DNA of 46,730 nt, the filler included, from Candidatus Latescibacterota bacterium (GTDB lineage: Bacteria > Latescibacterota > UBA2968 > UBA8231), in the NCBI GenBank assembly GCA_965219385.1. It is 2 parts of one record of this genome, joined end to end, with 100 filler letters (N's around TTAATTAATTAA, not from the genome) between each part and the next. Parts side by side here need not be neighbours in the genome. Positions count along the whole stretch, not along the records: positions 29,076 to 46,730 come from CBDCNM010000001.1; 1 more part is not named here. One strand, 5' to 3'. Shown piece by piece: positions 35,159-44,917 of the stretch (position 1 is its first letter; each line of letters opens with the position of its first letter). Under the pieces are notes generated by a model that worked only from the letters and a program-made list of their open reading frames with translations, had not been told where the DNA came from and searched no databases. The translations under genes and the position numbers were made by a program.

Positions 35159-36262
35159 ATGAAGTCCAGGCGAGCTTCCGAGCACCGACCAGAGCAGGTG
35201 CCAGGTAGAGGTCTCACCCGGCGGGAATTCATTCCCAGGGTGACTGCTGCTGCGCTGGGGGCCGGAGTACTGCTGAGCCCTGATAGAAGTTCCGGCTCTG
35301 TCGACAGCATGAAGTACAGAAAGCTGGGCAAGACCGGAGTTTCTATCTCGGAAATAGGCTTTGGCTCTCACCTCACCCGGCAGAACTTGGGCGATCCCCG
35401 GGTGCGGGCAGCCCAGATCAGAAAAGGTCTGGAGCTGGGTATCAACCTGTTCGATATCTACGAGCACAAATATCACCAGTTTGGTTTGATGAGCGAGGTG
35501 CTGGGCCCGGTGCGACAAGATGTCGTGCTATCTCTTGTGCAGGTGTGGAGATCCACAAGTGCCCTGGAGGAGGTGGAACACGCCCTGAAGATCTTCGACG
35601 CGGACGTCATTGATCTGTACCGCCTGTACACGGACGGGAACGGGAGCAAACGCGACAGAGAAACCCGTTTGGAGGGTCTGCAGCAGGCCAAGGAACAGGG
35701 GAAGATCAAGGCTATCGGGTTAAGTGCTCACGATCAGAAGATAATGGTAGAGATGCTGCGGACCTATCCAGAACTGGACTACCTGATGTTCCCCTACAAC
35801 TTCCGGCATCAGAAATTCTCTCCTGTCGGCTATGTTCCCGACGCCCTATCAGAGCAGGCCGTCGCTGGAACCCGCGACTGCACAATGGTCCCCTGCCCCG
35901 ATCCCGAGTTTGCTGCTCTGGTCAGGGAAAGGGACGTGGGACTCATAGCGATGAAGCCATTTGGGGGAGGAGGTTTGCTGAGGTTGAAGCCCTCCGATCC
36001 CCGGCTGGAACCGCTGGAAGACGCCGGCGTGCGTCTGCCGCAGGCGGCCTTGAAGTTCATCCTCCAAGCCCGGGAGATCTCCAGTGCGATCCCGGCGATG
36101 AATTCCATTGCCGAGGTCGTGGACAATGTTCGAGCAGTGCAGGGGAATGGGTTATCCGAGCCGGAGGGCCAGTGTCTGCAGATCTACAATGAAGCAGCGG
36201 AGCAATCCGGGGAAACCTATCTCCCCGAGGAGTACACATGGCTCGAAAAATGGAAGGTATGA
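35159..36262 (+). CDS. Aldo/keto reductase with twin-arginine-like leader
   Basis: LTRREFI leader; MKYRKLGKTGVSISEIGFG, GKIKAIGLSAH, AMKPFGGG. Confidence 0.87.
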   Translation: MKSRRASEHRPEQVPGRGLTRREFIPRVTAAALGAGVLLSPDRSSGSVDSMKYRKLGKTGVSISEIGFGSHLTRQNLGDPRVRAAQIRKGLELGINLFDIYEHKYHQFGLMSEVLGPVRQDVVLSLVQVWRSTSALEEVEHALKIFDADVIDLYRLYTDGNGSKRDRETRLEGLQQAKEQGKIKAIGLSAHDQKIMVEMLRTYPELDYLMFPYNFRHQKFSPVGYVPDALSEQAVAGTRDCTMVPCPDPEFAALVRERDVGLIAMKPFGGGGLLRLKPSDPRLEPLEDAGVRLPQAALKFILQAREISSAIPAMNSIAEVVDNVRAVQGNGLSEPEGQCLQIYNEAAEQSGETYLPEEYTWLEKWKV

Positions 36263-36873
36263 GGTCCTCTGGCAGGATCGTCTCTGCGCTGCTGGTCGCC
36301 GGGCTTGTCGTGGTTCTCGCAGCCCTGGAGACCTTTGCCGTCAGGGACATCACTCCCGACGCAATCACTATGGCCACGACCCGGAACCTGTGGACGGGCG
36401 ATGTGGTCTGGCTCACTGACGGGCGCACCCCCGACGAGGATCCAGACGCGCCTGCTTTTGAATGGGAATGGATCGGCCTGCTGGCCGTGTCGTGGCCCGA
36501 CACGGTGCGGCTGGCGAAGATCCGGGTCTACCTGGGCAAGATGGAACACTACAGGGTGTTCGGGTACGCTGGGGGGAGCTTTACTGAAGATGGTATGCGG
36601 GTGGATGTGGAAACAGCGGTCTATGGCCGGAAGGATGTGGTGCCATCCGGAAGCACCGGCTGGTACGATATTCCCTGTGACCCGGAATTTCCCGTCGACA
36701 ATATCAGCTTCCAGGTCATCGGAGGCGCCGTCATTTACGAGATTCGGTTCATCAGTCCAGACGGCGCGACTGTCCGACCCGGGACAATGAAGAGAGGCCT
36801 GTCCCATCTGCGCGAATCGATCCCATTTCTGTTCGGCTTTGTGGCCGGATATCTTTTAAACGAGTGGCTGTAG
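36259..36873 (+). CDS. Hypothetical secreted protein
   Basis: ATGA overlap with upstream gene; signal-peptide-like N-terminus; beta-rich body. Confidence 0.7.
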   Translation: MRSSGRIVSALLVAGLVVVLAALETFAVRDITPDAITMATTRNLWTGDVVWLTDGRTPDEDPDAPAFEWEWIGLLAVSWPDTVRLAKIRVYLGKMEHYRVFGYAGGSFTEDGMRVDVETAVYGRKDVVPSGSTGWYDIPCDPEFPVDNISFQVIGGAVIYEIRFISPDGATVRPGTMKRGLSHLRESIPFLFGFVAGYLLNEWL

Positions 36874-36915
36874 TCCGTCGACAACTAAGAGCCCCTAACC
36901 ATGTGAAAGAAAAAG

Positions 36916-37716
36916 ATGCATTTTTTCGTGCCCCTGATAGTCACCATCGTCTCGGGTCTCTACACCTCGCTGTGGGGCGCCTTCAAGGATGCACCCTACG
37001 AAGGCTTCAAACCCAAAACCTTTCCCAGGAGCATCTACTTCAACCTCGCCATCTTTTTGCCGCTCTACTTCGTGCCCTACTTCAAAGACAACTTCCAGCA
37101 CCTGGGCCTGGTGCAGATCTTCTTCCTGATCATGGGCGTCGAGCGCTTCCTGGCCGAACTCTACAAAGGATTTTTCAGGACCGAGGACCAAGCCAAGTAC
37201 TTCGTGCCCTCCAGGATTACCTTCTTCGGCCGCCACGTCGACAGCAATTTGCCGCGCTACGCGGCCGGGATTGTCGTCGTCGTCCTGGTTTTCCTCATGC
37301 TCCTGATCGACATTGAGATCGAAAGCCCGGTCGCCTTCCTGCTGGTGGCCTATGCCACAGGCTTGCTGGTGTCCCTGGGCGGCGCTTATAAGGATGCGCC
37401 CTTTGAGGGGTTCAAATGGTTGAAGTTTCAGCGCTCGGGGATGGTGCTTGCACTCCTTTCTCCTCTGTTTTATTTTCTCAACGAGCCGCAGTCCCCGGTG
37501 CCGCTGGGCTTTTTGATCTACATGAACGGCGGCCTGGAACGCTTCGCGATCGAGTACTACAAAACCTACATCCAGCGCAATATGTCGGGGAAGTTCAGGC
37601 CCGACCTGTCCAGGATTCAGCACTACATCGACACCCGCGAAAAATTCCACTACCTGGCCCTGGTCATCATAGCCGCCCTGGTAGTCCTCTACATCTATGA
37701 ACTTAGAGCATTGTGA
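36916..37716 (+). CDS. Hypothetical polytopic membrane protein with two-fold internal repeat
   Basis: GAFKDAPYEGFK..F.RS..ERF..ELYK repeated as GAYKDAPFEGFK..F.RS..ERF..EYYK. Confidence 0.85.
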   Translation: MHFFVPLIVTIVSGLYTSLWGAFKDAPYEGFKPKTFPRSIYFNLAIFLPLYFVPYFKDNFQHLGLVQIFFLIMGVERFLAELYKGFFRTEDQAKYFVPSRITFFGRHVDSNLPRYAAGIVVVVLVFLMLLIDIEIESPVAFLLVAYATGLLVSLGGAYKDAPFEGFKWLKFQRSGMVLALLSPLFYFLNEPQSPVPLGFLIYMNGGLERFAIEYYKTYIQRNMSGKFRPDLSRIQHYIDTREKFHYLALVIIAALVVLYIYELRAL

Positions 37717-39205
37717 TGCCCTCATAGTCGGTTCGGGCTTTGGCGGTGCTGCCGCGGCGCACGTCCTTGCTAGGGCGGGTATAAAGACGGTTTTGCTGGA
37801 GCGCGGCGGCTGGCCGAAGAGGGACGAACTGGACTGGGACCAGAGGGAAATACTGATCCAACAGCGCTACCGCATCGAAGCCCCCTTGCTGGTCCGGCAA
37901 TACGGGGACCAGGCCTTCAAAAGGATGTATACCAACCAGGTCGTGGGGGGGATGTCGGTCTTTTACGGCGGGGCCTCGCTGCGGCTGCGCGAACGAGATT
38001 TTGACCAGTGGCCGCTGGACTACGCGGATCTGGAAAACTACTACACCCGGGCCGAGCACCTGCTCGGGATCCACGGAGAGGCGGGACAGGATCCGCACGA
38101 ACCCGCCCGCTCGGCCGACTATCCCTTTGCCAGCGCCGCGCTTGCCCAACCTGCCCAGCGCCTGTACGATGCGGCCCGCAAGATAGGTTACAAACCCTTT
38201 AAAATCCCGCTGGCCATCAACTTCAGCGATCCGGCGCGGCCCCTTTGTATCCAGTGCGCCACCTGCGATGGGTTCCCCTGCAAGATCCAGGCAAAGAACG
38301 ATCTCACCACCACCTTGCTGCGGGAGGCGCAAGAGTACGGCCTCCGGATCGTGGCGGGCGTCATCGTCGCCCGGCTGGCCGAGAAAAACGGCCGCATAAG
38401 ATCCGTGGAGTGCATTGACAAAAAGACAGGCAAAACATTTTCTCTCTCCGCAAAACTGGTGATCGTCGGCGCCGGCGCCCTGTACAGCCCGGCCATTTTG
38501 CTCAGATCCGGGCTGGAGAAATTCGCCCAGCACCCATTCGTCGGCCGCTTCCTGATGCGGCACTGCAACGGCGTGGTGGGCTGTGTGTTCCCCTTTAAAA
38601 CCAACCCGGAAAAGGTCTTCCACAAACAACTCTGCTGCACGGATTTTTACGAAGATCGGCGCGAGCAATTCGGCACTGCCGTGGGCATCATCCAGGACAT
38701 CTACACCCCGGGGACCGAGGTCATAGGGCACTTTGCGCCCCGGGGCTTGCGGAAGCTGGCCGGTCTTTTTTCTCCCTACATGCAAAACCTGCTCTGCATT
38801 GCCGAGGACGACCCCCAGTTCGACAATGCCGTGGGGCTGGCGACCGAACGGGACGGCTACGGGCTGGAACTGCCCGAGATAACCCATCGCTACACCCGCC
38901 ATGACTACCAGCGGCGGGATTACCTCGTAGACCGAGCAAAAAAAATTCTGCGGGCGGCGGGCGGATGGATTTCTTTTATCTATGAGATAGACAGTTTTTC
39001 CCATGCCGTGGGCTCACTGCGTTTTGGCCACGGTCCCCACGACAGCGTCCTGGACGAAAACTGCCGGTTCTGGGGCGTGGACAATCTCTTTGTCGTGGAC
39101 GGGAGTTTCATGCCGACCTCGGGCGGGGTCAATCCCAGTCTCACTATTGCGGCCAACGCCTTCAGGGTCGGCGATTATATCGCGGCGCACTACGACGAGT
39201 TTTGA
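37697..39205 (+). CDS. GMC family oxidoreductase
   Basis: VGSGFGG, VGGMS.FYGG, CxxCxxC..PC, HAVGSLRFG, NLFVVDGSFMP..NPSLTI. Confidence 0.92.
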   Translation: MNLEHCDALIVGSGFGGAAAAHVLARAGIKTVLLERGGWPKRDELDWDQREILIQQRYRIEAPLLVRQYGDQAFKRMYTNQVVGGMSVFYGGASLRLRERDFDQWPLDYADLENYYTRAEHLLGIHGEAGQDPHEPARSADYPFASAALAQPAQRLYDAARKIGYKPFKIPLAINFSDPARPLCIQCATCDGFPCKIQAKNDLTTTLLREAQEYGLRIVAGVIVARLAEKNGRIRSVECIDKKTGKTFSLSAKLVIVGAGALYSPAILLRSGLEKFAQHPFVGRFLMRHCNGVVGCVFPFKTNPEKVFHKQLCCTDFYEDRREQFGTAVGIIQDIYTPGTEVIGHFAPRGLRKLAGLFSPYMQNLLCIAEDDPQFDNAVGLATERDGYGLELPEITHRYTRHDYQRRDYLVDRAKKILRAAGGWISFIYEIDSFSHAVGSLRFGHGPHDSVLDENCRFWGVDNLFVVDGSFMPTSGGVNPSLTIAANAFRVGDYIAAHYDEF

Positions 39206-39206
39206 A

Positions 39207-40175
39207 ATGAAGAAAATTTGCCTGGTGGGCTGCGGCGGCATCGGCCGGCTGCACGCCAAAAATCTATCCCGACTGGCCCAGGTGTTTTTCTACAGCCGCT
39301 CCCGGAACAGCGCGGCCCGCTTCCAGGACGAATTTAAGGGCGGGGGGATCTTCGATGATTTTGAGGCGGTCCTGAAGAATCCGCAGATCGAGGCTCTGGT
39401 GCTGGCGTCGCCGCCGGAGTACCACAAGCAGCAGACCGTCGCCGCCCTCCAGGCCGGCAAGTCGGTGCTGGTCGAAAAACCGATGTGCGTCAATGCGGCG
39501 GAGGCCGGCGAAATTCAGGAGGTCCTGGAGGCCCATCCGGATCTTTTTGTGATGGCGGCGGAAAACTACTATTACAAACCCTCCCTGACCCTGATCAAGC
39601 AGCTGTTGGGGCAGGGGTGGATCGGTGGTCTGGAGTCGGTTGTCGCGAAAAAGGTGTTTACCCAGGAGGCGAGCGGCTGGAAGAGCCGCTACGGCGCTCT
39701 GCTCGAAGGTGGCGTGCACTTCGTGGCTTTGCTCTCCGATCTTTTCGACCAGGCGCCTGCCAGGGTCGCGGCCGAGTTCCCCGGTTTGCAACCCGGGCAG
39801 CCAGAGCGCCACTCCATCACGCGGCTGGAGTATCCGGGGGGGGCCGTGGCCGAGCTGGAGTACTCGTGGAATACCCGGAGTCTGACCAGGGGGGTCTTGC
39901 AACATTCCTTTATCCGCGGCGAGCACGGCCGGATCACTTTCGAGAGCAACGGGATCTACGTGTGGCTGCATTGCAAAGAGAAAAAGCGGCTCTTTCTGCC
40001 GGATCGCGGGGACCTCATGGGGTATCGCGGCATGAGCCGGGATTTCATCGACTGTCTGCGCGATTCCTCCCGCACGCCCTATTCGGATTTTTACAAAGCC
40101 CGCAGGGATTTGCAGATTATATTTTCAGCCTATGAGAAGCTGAATACCGACCACCAGGAAGGACAGAATGTATGA
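39207..40175 (+). CDS. Gfo/Idh/MocA family oxidoreductase
   Basis: VGCGGIG, AGKSVLVEKPM, GALLEGGVH. Confidence 0.92.
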   Translation: MKKICLVGCGGIGRLHAKNLSRLAQVFFYSRSRNSAARFQDEFKGGGIFDDFEAVLKNPQIEALVLASPPEYHKQQTVAALQAGKSVLVEKPMCVNAAEAGEIQEVLEAHPDLFVMAAENYYYKPSLTLIKQLLGQGWIGGLESVVAKKVFTQEASGWKSRYGALLEGGVHFVALLSDLFDQAPARVAAEFPGLQPGQPERHSITRLEYPGGAVAELEYSWNTRSLTRGVLQHSFIRGEHGRITFESNGIYVWLHCKEKKRLFLPDRGDLMGYRGMSRDFIDCLRDSSRTPYSDFYKARRDLQIIFSAYEKLNTDHQEGQNV

Positions 40176-40343
40176 TGCGAATAAAACCGGATGAAACAGA
40201 AAAAAAGGCGCAGGTCTTTAGGGATACCCGTTTGCAGAAAGCTGTAGACTTCCGCCATGACCGGCGGCAGCAAGGCCGGCCGGAAGCGGAACAGATCCCC
40301 GGTAATGCATGCGGCGGGCCCCATTCAAAGGAACGTTAAAACC

Positions 40344-42026
40344 ATGAGCGACGCACCCGACAAGATCATCTACTCTATGGTGGGCGTGAGCAAGTACTAC
40401 GACAAAAAGCCGGTGCTCAAGGACATTTATCTGTCCTATTTTCACGGCGCCAAGATCGGCGTCCTCGGGCTCAACGGCGCCGGCAAGAGTTCGCTGCTGA
40501 GGATCATCGCCGGGGTGGACACCGAGATCGTCGGCGAGACCGTGCTCTCGCCGGGCCACACCATCGGTTTCCTGGAGCAGGAGCCGGAGCTGGAGGCGGG
40601 CCGGACCGTGCGCCAGATCGTCGAGGAGGGGGTGAGGAAGGTGGTCGACTTGCTCAAGAGTTACGAGCAGATCAACGAGCGCTTTGGCGAGAGCATGACC
40701 GACGACGAAGTGAACGACCTGATCGAAGAGCAGGCCGCGGTCCAGGAAAAGCTGGACGCGCTCAACGCCTGGGATCTGGACAGCCGCCTGGACATGGCCA
40801 TGGACGCGCTGCGCTGTCCGTCCGAGGACATGGAGGTGGGTGTGCTCTCCGGCGGTGAGCGCCGGCGGGTGGCCCTGTGCCGACTGCTGCTCAGGCAGCC
40901 GGATATCCTGCTTTTGGACGAGCCCACCAACCACCTGGACGCCGAGTCGGTGGCTTGGCTCGAGCAGCACCTGCAGCACTACCCGGGCACGGTGATCGCC
41001 GTGACCCACGACCGCTACTTTCTGGACAATGTGGCCGGCTGGATCCTGGAGCTGGACCAGGGCCAGGGGATCCCGTGGAAGGGCAATTATTCCTCCTGGC
41101 TGGACCAGAAAAAGGAGCGCCTGGCGCGGGAGGAAAAGGCCGAGAGCCAGCGGCAGAAGACCCTGGAGCGCGAGCTGGAGTGGATCCGCATGGCGCCCAG
41201 GGCGCGGCAGACCAAGAGCAAGGCCCGCATCAATGCCTACGATCTGCTCAACCAGGAGAGCGAGAAACGCGCTCCCGAGCTGGAGATCTACATCCCCCCG
41301 GGCCCGCGCCTGGGCGCCGTGGTGCTCAAGGCTCAGAGCGTGAGCAAGGTCTACGGCGAGCGGATCGTGTTCGAAAACATGGACTTTGCCCTGCCGCCGG
41401 GGGCCATCGTCGGCGTGATTGGTCCCAATGGGGCGGGCAAGACCACCCTGTTCCGGCTGATCACCGGCCAGGAAGCGCCCACCAGTGGTTCGATCCATCT
41501 GGGCGCGACGGTCGAGCTGGCCTACGTGGACCAAAGCCGCGAGATCCTGAAGGCGGAAAACACGGTCTGGCAGGAGATCTCCGACGAGCTGGACGAAATC
41601 GCCCTGGGGGATCGCCTGGTCAACTCGCGCGCCTACGTGGGGCGCTTCAACTTTTCCGGAGGGGACCAGCAGAAGCGGGTGGGCTCGCTGTCGGGCGGCG
41701 AGCGCAACCGGGTGCACCTGGCCAAGATGCTCAAGCAGGGGGCCAATGTGCTGCTGTTGGACGAGCCGACCAATGACCTGGACGTCAACACCATGCGAGC
41801 CCTGGAAGAGGCCCTGGAAAACTTCGCCGGCTGCGCCGTGATCATCAGCCACGACCGCTGGTTTCTGGACCGCATCGCCACCCACATTCTGGCCTTTGAG
41901 GGGGATAGTCAGGTGGTTTGGTTCGAGGGGAACTATTCCGAGTACGAGGAGAGCCGTAAGAGGCGGCTGGGCGCGGAAGCGGAACGGCCGCACCGGATCA
42001 AGTACCGGCAGTTGACGCGGGATTGA
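40344..42026 (+). CDS. ettA: Energy-dependent translational throttle protein EttA (ABC-F)
   Basis: GAKIGVLGLNGAGKS, two ABC domains, ELEWIR..ARQTKSKARI linker, PHRIKYRQL end. Confidence 0.95.
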   Translation: MSDAPDKIIYSMVGVSKYYDKKPVLKDIYLSYFHGAKIGVLGLNGAGKSSLLRIIAGVDTEIVGETVLSPGHTIGFLEQEPELEAGRTVRQIVEEGVRKVVDLLKSYEQINERFGESMTDDEVNDLIEEQAAVQEKLDALNAWDLDSRLDMAMDALRCPSEDMEVGVLSGGERRRVALCRLLLRQPDILLLDEPTNHLDAESVAWLEQHLQHYPGTVIAVTHDRYFLDNVAGWILELDQGQGIPWKGNYSSWLDQKKERLAREEKAESQRQKTLERELEWIRMAPRARQTKSKARINAYDLLNQESEKRAPELEIYIPPGPRLGAVVLKAQSVSKVYGERIVFENMDFALPPGAIVGVIGPNGAGKTTLFRLITGQEAPTSGSIHLGATVELAYVDQSREILKAENTVWQEISDELDEIALGDRLVNSRAYVGRFNFSGGDQQKRVGSLSGGERNRVHLAKMLKQGANVLLLDEPTNDLDVNTMRALEEALENFAGCAVIISHDRWFLDRIATHILAFEGDSQVVWFEGNYSEYEESRKRRLGAEAERPHRIKYRQLTRD

Positions 42027-42062
42027 GGCCGGCAGCAGGACGGATGCCGGACATTGCCCTCT

Positions 42063-42206
42063 TTATTGCCCTCTTTCAGGGGTATTACCCTTTTTCCGCC
42101 AGACAGCCCCTGGACCGCGTCCCAGGCATTCTACTTCTCCCGATTTTTGCAGCCTGCGGAGCACCCTGCGAACCATATCCCGGCTGACGCCCGGGCAGGC
42201 GCGTTC
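42063..42206 (-). pseudogene. C-terminal winged-helix scrap, resembling Fic-family tails
   Basis: ERACPGVSRDMVRRVLRRLQKSGEVECLGRGPGAVWRKKG-stop; abuts alaS scrap. Confidence 0.6.
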
Positions 42207-42571
42207 TGCTCTTTGATGATCCTGAACCTGCCCAGCAGTCCGGTGCGTTCCACGTGGGGACCACCGCAGATTTCCTTGCTGAAGGTCGGCAAAACGGGAT
42301 CGGCTGCGGGCCTGTGGGCTGGATCGCCGATGGTATACACCTTGATTTTGGCACCGTACTTCACCTCAAACAGACCAATGGCCCCCGTTTCCCTTGCTTT
42401 ATCCACCGTCATTTCCTCGAAGCAAACCGGATAATCTCGGCGGATAGCGGCGTTGACCAGTCCTTCCACCCGCTCGATCTGTCCGGGCTCCATTTTCTCC
42501 GCATGGGAAAAATCGAAGCGCAGGCGCTCGGGATTGATGTTGCTGCCGCGCTGCTCGACGTGCGGCCCCAG
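42206..42571 (-). pseudogene. alaS: Alanyl-tRNA synthetase editing-domain fragment
   Basis: LGPHVEQRGSNINPERLRFDFSH..GAIGLF..KYG..SKEICGGPHV..KEQ; both ends missing. Confidence 0.85.
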
Positions 42572-42671
42572 CTCTAAAAGGGGCCTCAGGATGTCTATCT
42601 CGAAGAAGGATTCTGTCCTTTAACTCTTCTCCGATCTGACGGTCCTGTTGGGTAATCATGGAATGCCATCC

Positions 42672-43019
42672 TTATTTCCAACAAGTATCACGGAGCGCCT
42701 CAAGGCCAGGCCCAAAATCATCGGGATGATCGAGGACTGCGACTTTGCGTGCTGCCATCTCTTCGAGGAGTATCGCGACGGGCAGTTGCGCCCGTTCGGC
42801 AGCAGAGCGCAAGTCCACATGCCCTTCTTGATAAGCGCGAATAGCTTCAGAAATCCGAAATTGCTGTATACCGGAAAGCACCCATTGTCGCATGAGCGCG
42901 GCTTCCGCATAAGCTGTCCCCTCCACCAGATAGGACAACTCCTCGGCTTCCTCATGGGTCAGGCGGATTGATTTTGTCACTCGTTTGGCCGTCTTCAGGG
43001 ATTTAGTTTTTTCGCTCAT
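42672..43019 (-). CDS. UPF0175-like antitoxin
   Basis: TKSIRL N-terminus; AIRAYQEGHVDLRSAAERAQL; abuts PIN gene. Confidence 0.75.
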   Translation of the reverse strand: MSEKTKSLKTAKRVTKSIRLTHEEAEELSYLVEGTAYAEAALMRQWVLSGIQQFRISEAIRAYQEGHVDLRSAAERAQLPVAILLEEMAARKVAVLDHPDDFGPGLEALRDTCWK

Positions 43020-43532
43020 TTAGCTCTCTCCACGACTTTGTGCCAGTGCCAGAAATGCCTGTCGCGCAGCTTGCATGACCTGGTGCCCGGTATTGGTGGC
43101 AATCCCGTCCAGCTTATTCTGAGCACTGCGGTGGGACAGGATGTGCGCCTCGTAGAGATAGATGATAAACTCGGGCACCGTCACTGCTTTAATGCCCTGC
43201 CGACGTGCAAACGCAAGGGCACGCCGTTCATTGATGAGTAGCCACCATCCCCTTTCCAGAGCGAGTGCAAGCGCTACTGCTTCGCCGTCATGGAACTGCG
43301 GCAGACTCTGAGTCGGGTTGTAGATGGAAAGCAAACCCTGATTTTCCAGGAGTCCGAACATTTCCTGATAGCCGTAGACCCGTTGAGGATAGCGCGGATC
43401 CGAAGCCAGTACCTCGGCGCGGACCGTTTCCGGGACTAAGACCGTGAAAAAGCGGAATAGATAGGACAGGATGTCTATCCGGTGTGCCAGTACCCAGAAA
43501 GAGGTTTCCATCACGGCAGACTGCTTCGCCAT
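43020..43532 (-). CDS. PIN-domain protein (DUF3368-like)
   Basis: VMETSF, VPETVRAEV, FHDGEAVALALA..LLINERRA. Confidence 0.8.
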   Translation of the reverse strand: MAKQSAVMETSFWVLAHRIDILSYLFRFFTVLVPETVRAEVLASDPRYPQRVYGYQEMFGLLENQGLLSIYNPTQSLPQFHDGEAVALALALERGWWLLINERRALAFARRQGIKAVTVPEFIIYLYEAHILSHRSAQNKLDGIATNTGHQVMQAARQAFLALAQSRGES

Positions 43533-43538
43533 AATTCT

Positions 43539-43567
43539 ATTGTAAACGTAAGAAGCAAAATTGTCAA
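43539..43567 (-). promoter_or_regulatory. Sigma-70 promoter implying a leaderless PIN transcript
   Basis: TTGACA-N17-TACAAT, 6 nt before ATG 43532, no SD. Confidence 0.7.
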
Positions 43568-43704
43568 ATTTGCATTTGTACTCGCCAACAATATCTTCGC
43601 AGAGGTAGAGTCCATAAAGTCCGTTGCCGAACGGTTCTCGATTTCTTATTATCCATGCCAGCTATACTCAGATATCCAACATTCTCTAAGCGGAGAGCCA
43701 GCAC

Positions 43705-44898
43705 ATGAAGATCACCGATCTGAAGTGCACGGTCCTGGGCCAAAACCCCGTAATCCGTCTGACCACCGACGAAGGCATCAGCGGCTACGGGGAGGTAGAG
43801 GCCTCCAAATCCTACCTCAAACCCCACATCCTGTTCTACCGGGACTTCGTCCTGGGAGAAGACCCGACCAACATCGAACGGGTTATGTTGAAGATCCGCC
43901 GGTGGGGCGGTTTCAAACCCTGGGGTAGCGCCGTCAGTGCGATCGAGATGGCGCTGTGGGACATCGCCGGCAAGGCCGCCGGCCTGCCGGTCTACAAGCT
44001 GCTGGGCGGCAAAATCCGCGACAAGGTCCGGGTCTATAAAACCGGCCTGAGCTTCCCACTGGAGGGGATTTCTCCGGAGGCCCACGCCAAAAGCACGGCC
44101 CAGACCAGGGAGGCCATGGAGGAGGGCTTCACCATCATCAAGCACGGCGTGGCCTTTCACAGCCAGATGCCGGGCCAGGTCCCCGGATTTTCCTACGGAG
44201 ACATGCAAATCGACACCGGGGGCACCAAGAGGGGGCCCATGACCGAACGCGGCCTCAACCACGTAATCGACTGCGTCCGGGCCGTGAAAGAGGTCCTGGG
44301 AGACGAGGTGGGGCTGGCCCTGGATTGCGGGCCGGGCTGTATGGTCCCCGACGCGATCCGCCTGGCCCAGGCCCTGGAGCCCCTGAATGTGATGTGGTGC
44401 GAGGACATGATCACCGGAGACTACACCCCTTATGTCCTGGCCGATCTCTACCGGGAGGTGACGCAGAGCACCTCCACTCCGATACACACCGGCGAGCAAA
44501 TCTACCTGCGGCAAAACTTCAAGGACCTGATCGAAAAACGCGCCGTGGATATCGTCGGCCCCGATCCCTGCGATGTCGGCGGCATCGCCGAACTCAAGTG
44601 GGTGGCGGAATACGCCGATCTGCACGGTATCCTCATGGCGCCCCACGGGGTGCTCGATGGCCTCATCGGGCTGGCGGCCCTGGTCCAGGTCGCCGCGACC
44701 CTGCCGCAGAACTACATCGCCTTCGAGTACCCGAGGGCCAATCCCGAATGGTGGTACGATATCGTCGAAGGGCTGCCAGATCCCATTGTCGTGGATGGGT
44801 TCATCGAGGTCTGGGATCGGCCGGGGCTTGGGGTGGAGTTCAATGTGGAGGCAGCCAGGCAGTACCTGGCGGAGGAAGACAAAGATTTTTTTAACTAG
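43705..44898 (+). CDS. Enolase-superfamily acid-sugar dehydratase (galactonate dehydratase-like)
   Basis: SAIEMALWDIAGK..LLGGKIRD, LDCG, WCED, TGE, APH, PGLG. Confidence 0.9.
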   Translation: MKITDLKCTVLGQNPVIRLTTDEGISGYGEVEASKSYLKPHILFYRDFVLGEDPTNIERVMLKIRRWGGFKPWGSAVSAIEMALWDIAGKAAGLPVYKLLGGKIRDKVRVYKTGLSFPLEGISPEAHAKSTAQTREAMEEGFTIIKHGVAFHSQMPGQVPGFSYGDMQIDTGGTKRGPMTERGLNHVIDCVRAVKEVLGDEVGLALDCGPGCMVPDAIRLAQALEPLNVMWCEDMITGDYTPYVLADLYREVTQSTSTPIHTGEQIYLRQNFKDLIEKRAVDIVGPDPCDVGGIAELKWVAEYADLHGILMAPHGVLDGLIGLAALVQVAATLPQNYIAFEYPRANPEWWYDIVEGLPDPIVVDGFIEVWDRPGLGVEFNVEAARQYLAEEDKDFFN

Positions 44899-44917
44899 CT
44901 AACCCAAGGAGGAGCAC

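Noticed and set aside
40218..41993. Long antisense ORFs (also 2559..3746, 6572..7960, 8872..10236, 26864..28255, 37703..39004)
   Set aside because: Shadow frames of GC-rich real genes with no family motifs.
42054..42095. ATTGCCCTCTTT tandem repeat
   Set aside because: Only two exact copies, at the end of a gene scrap; likely slippage.
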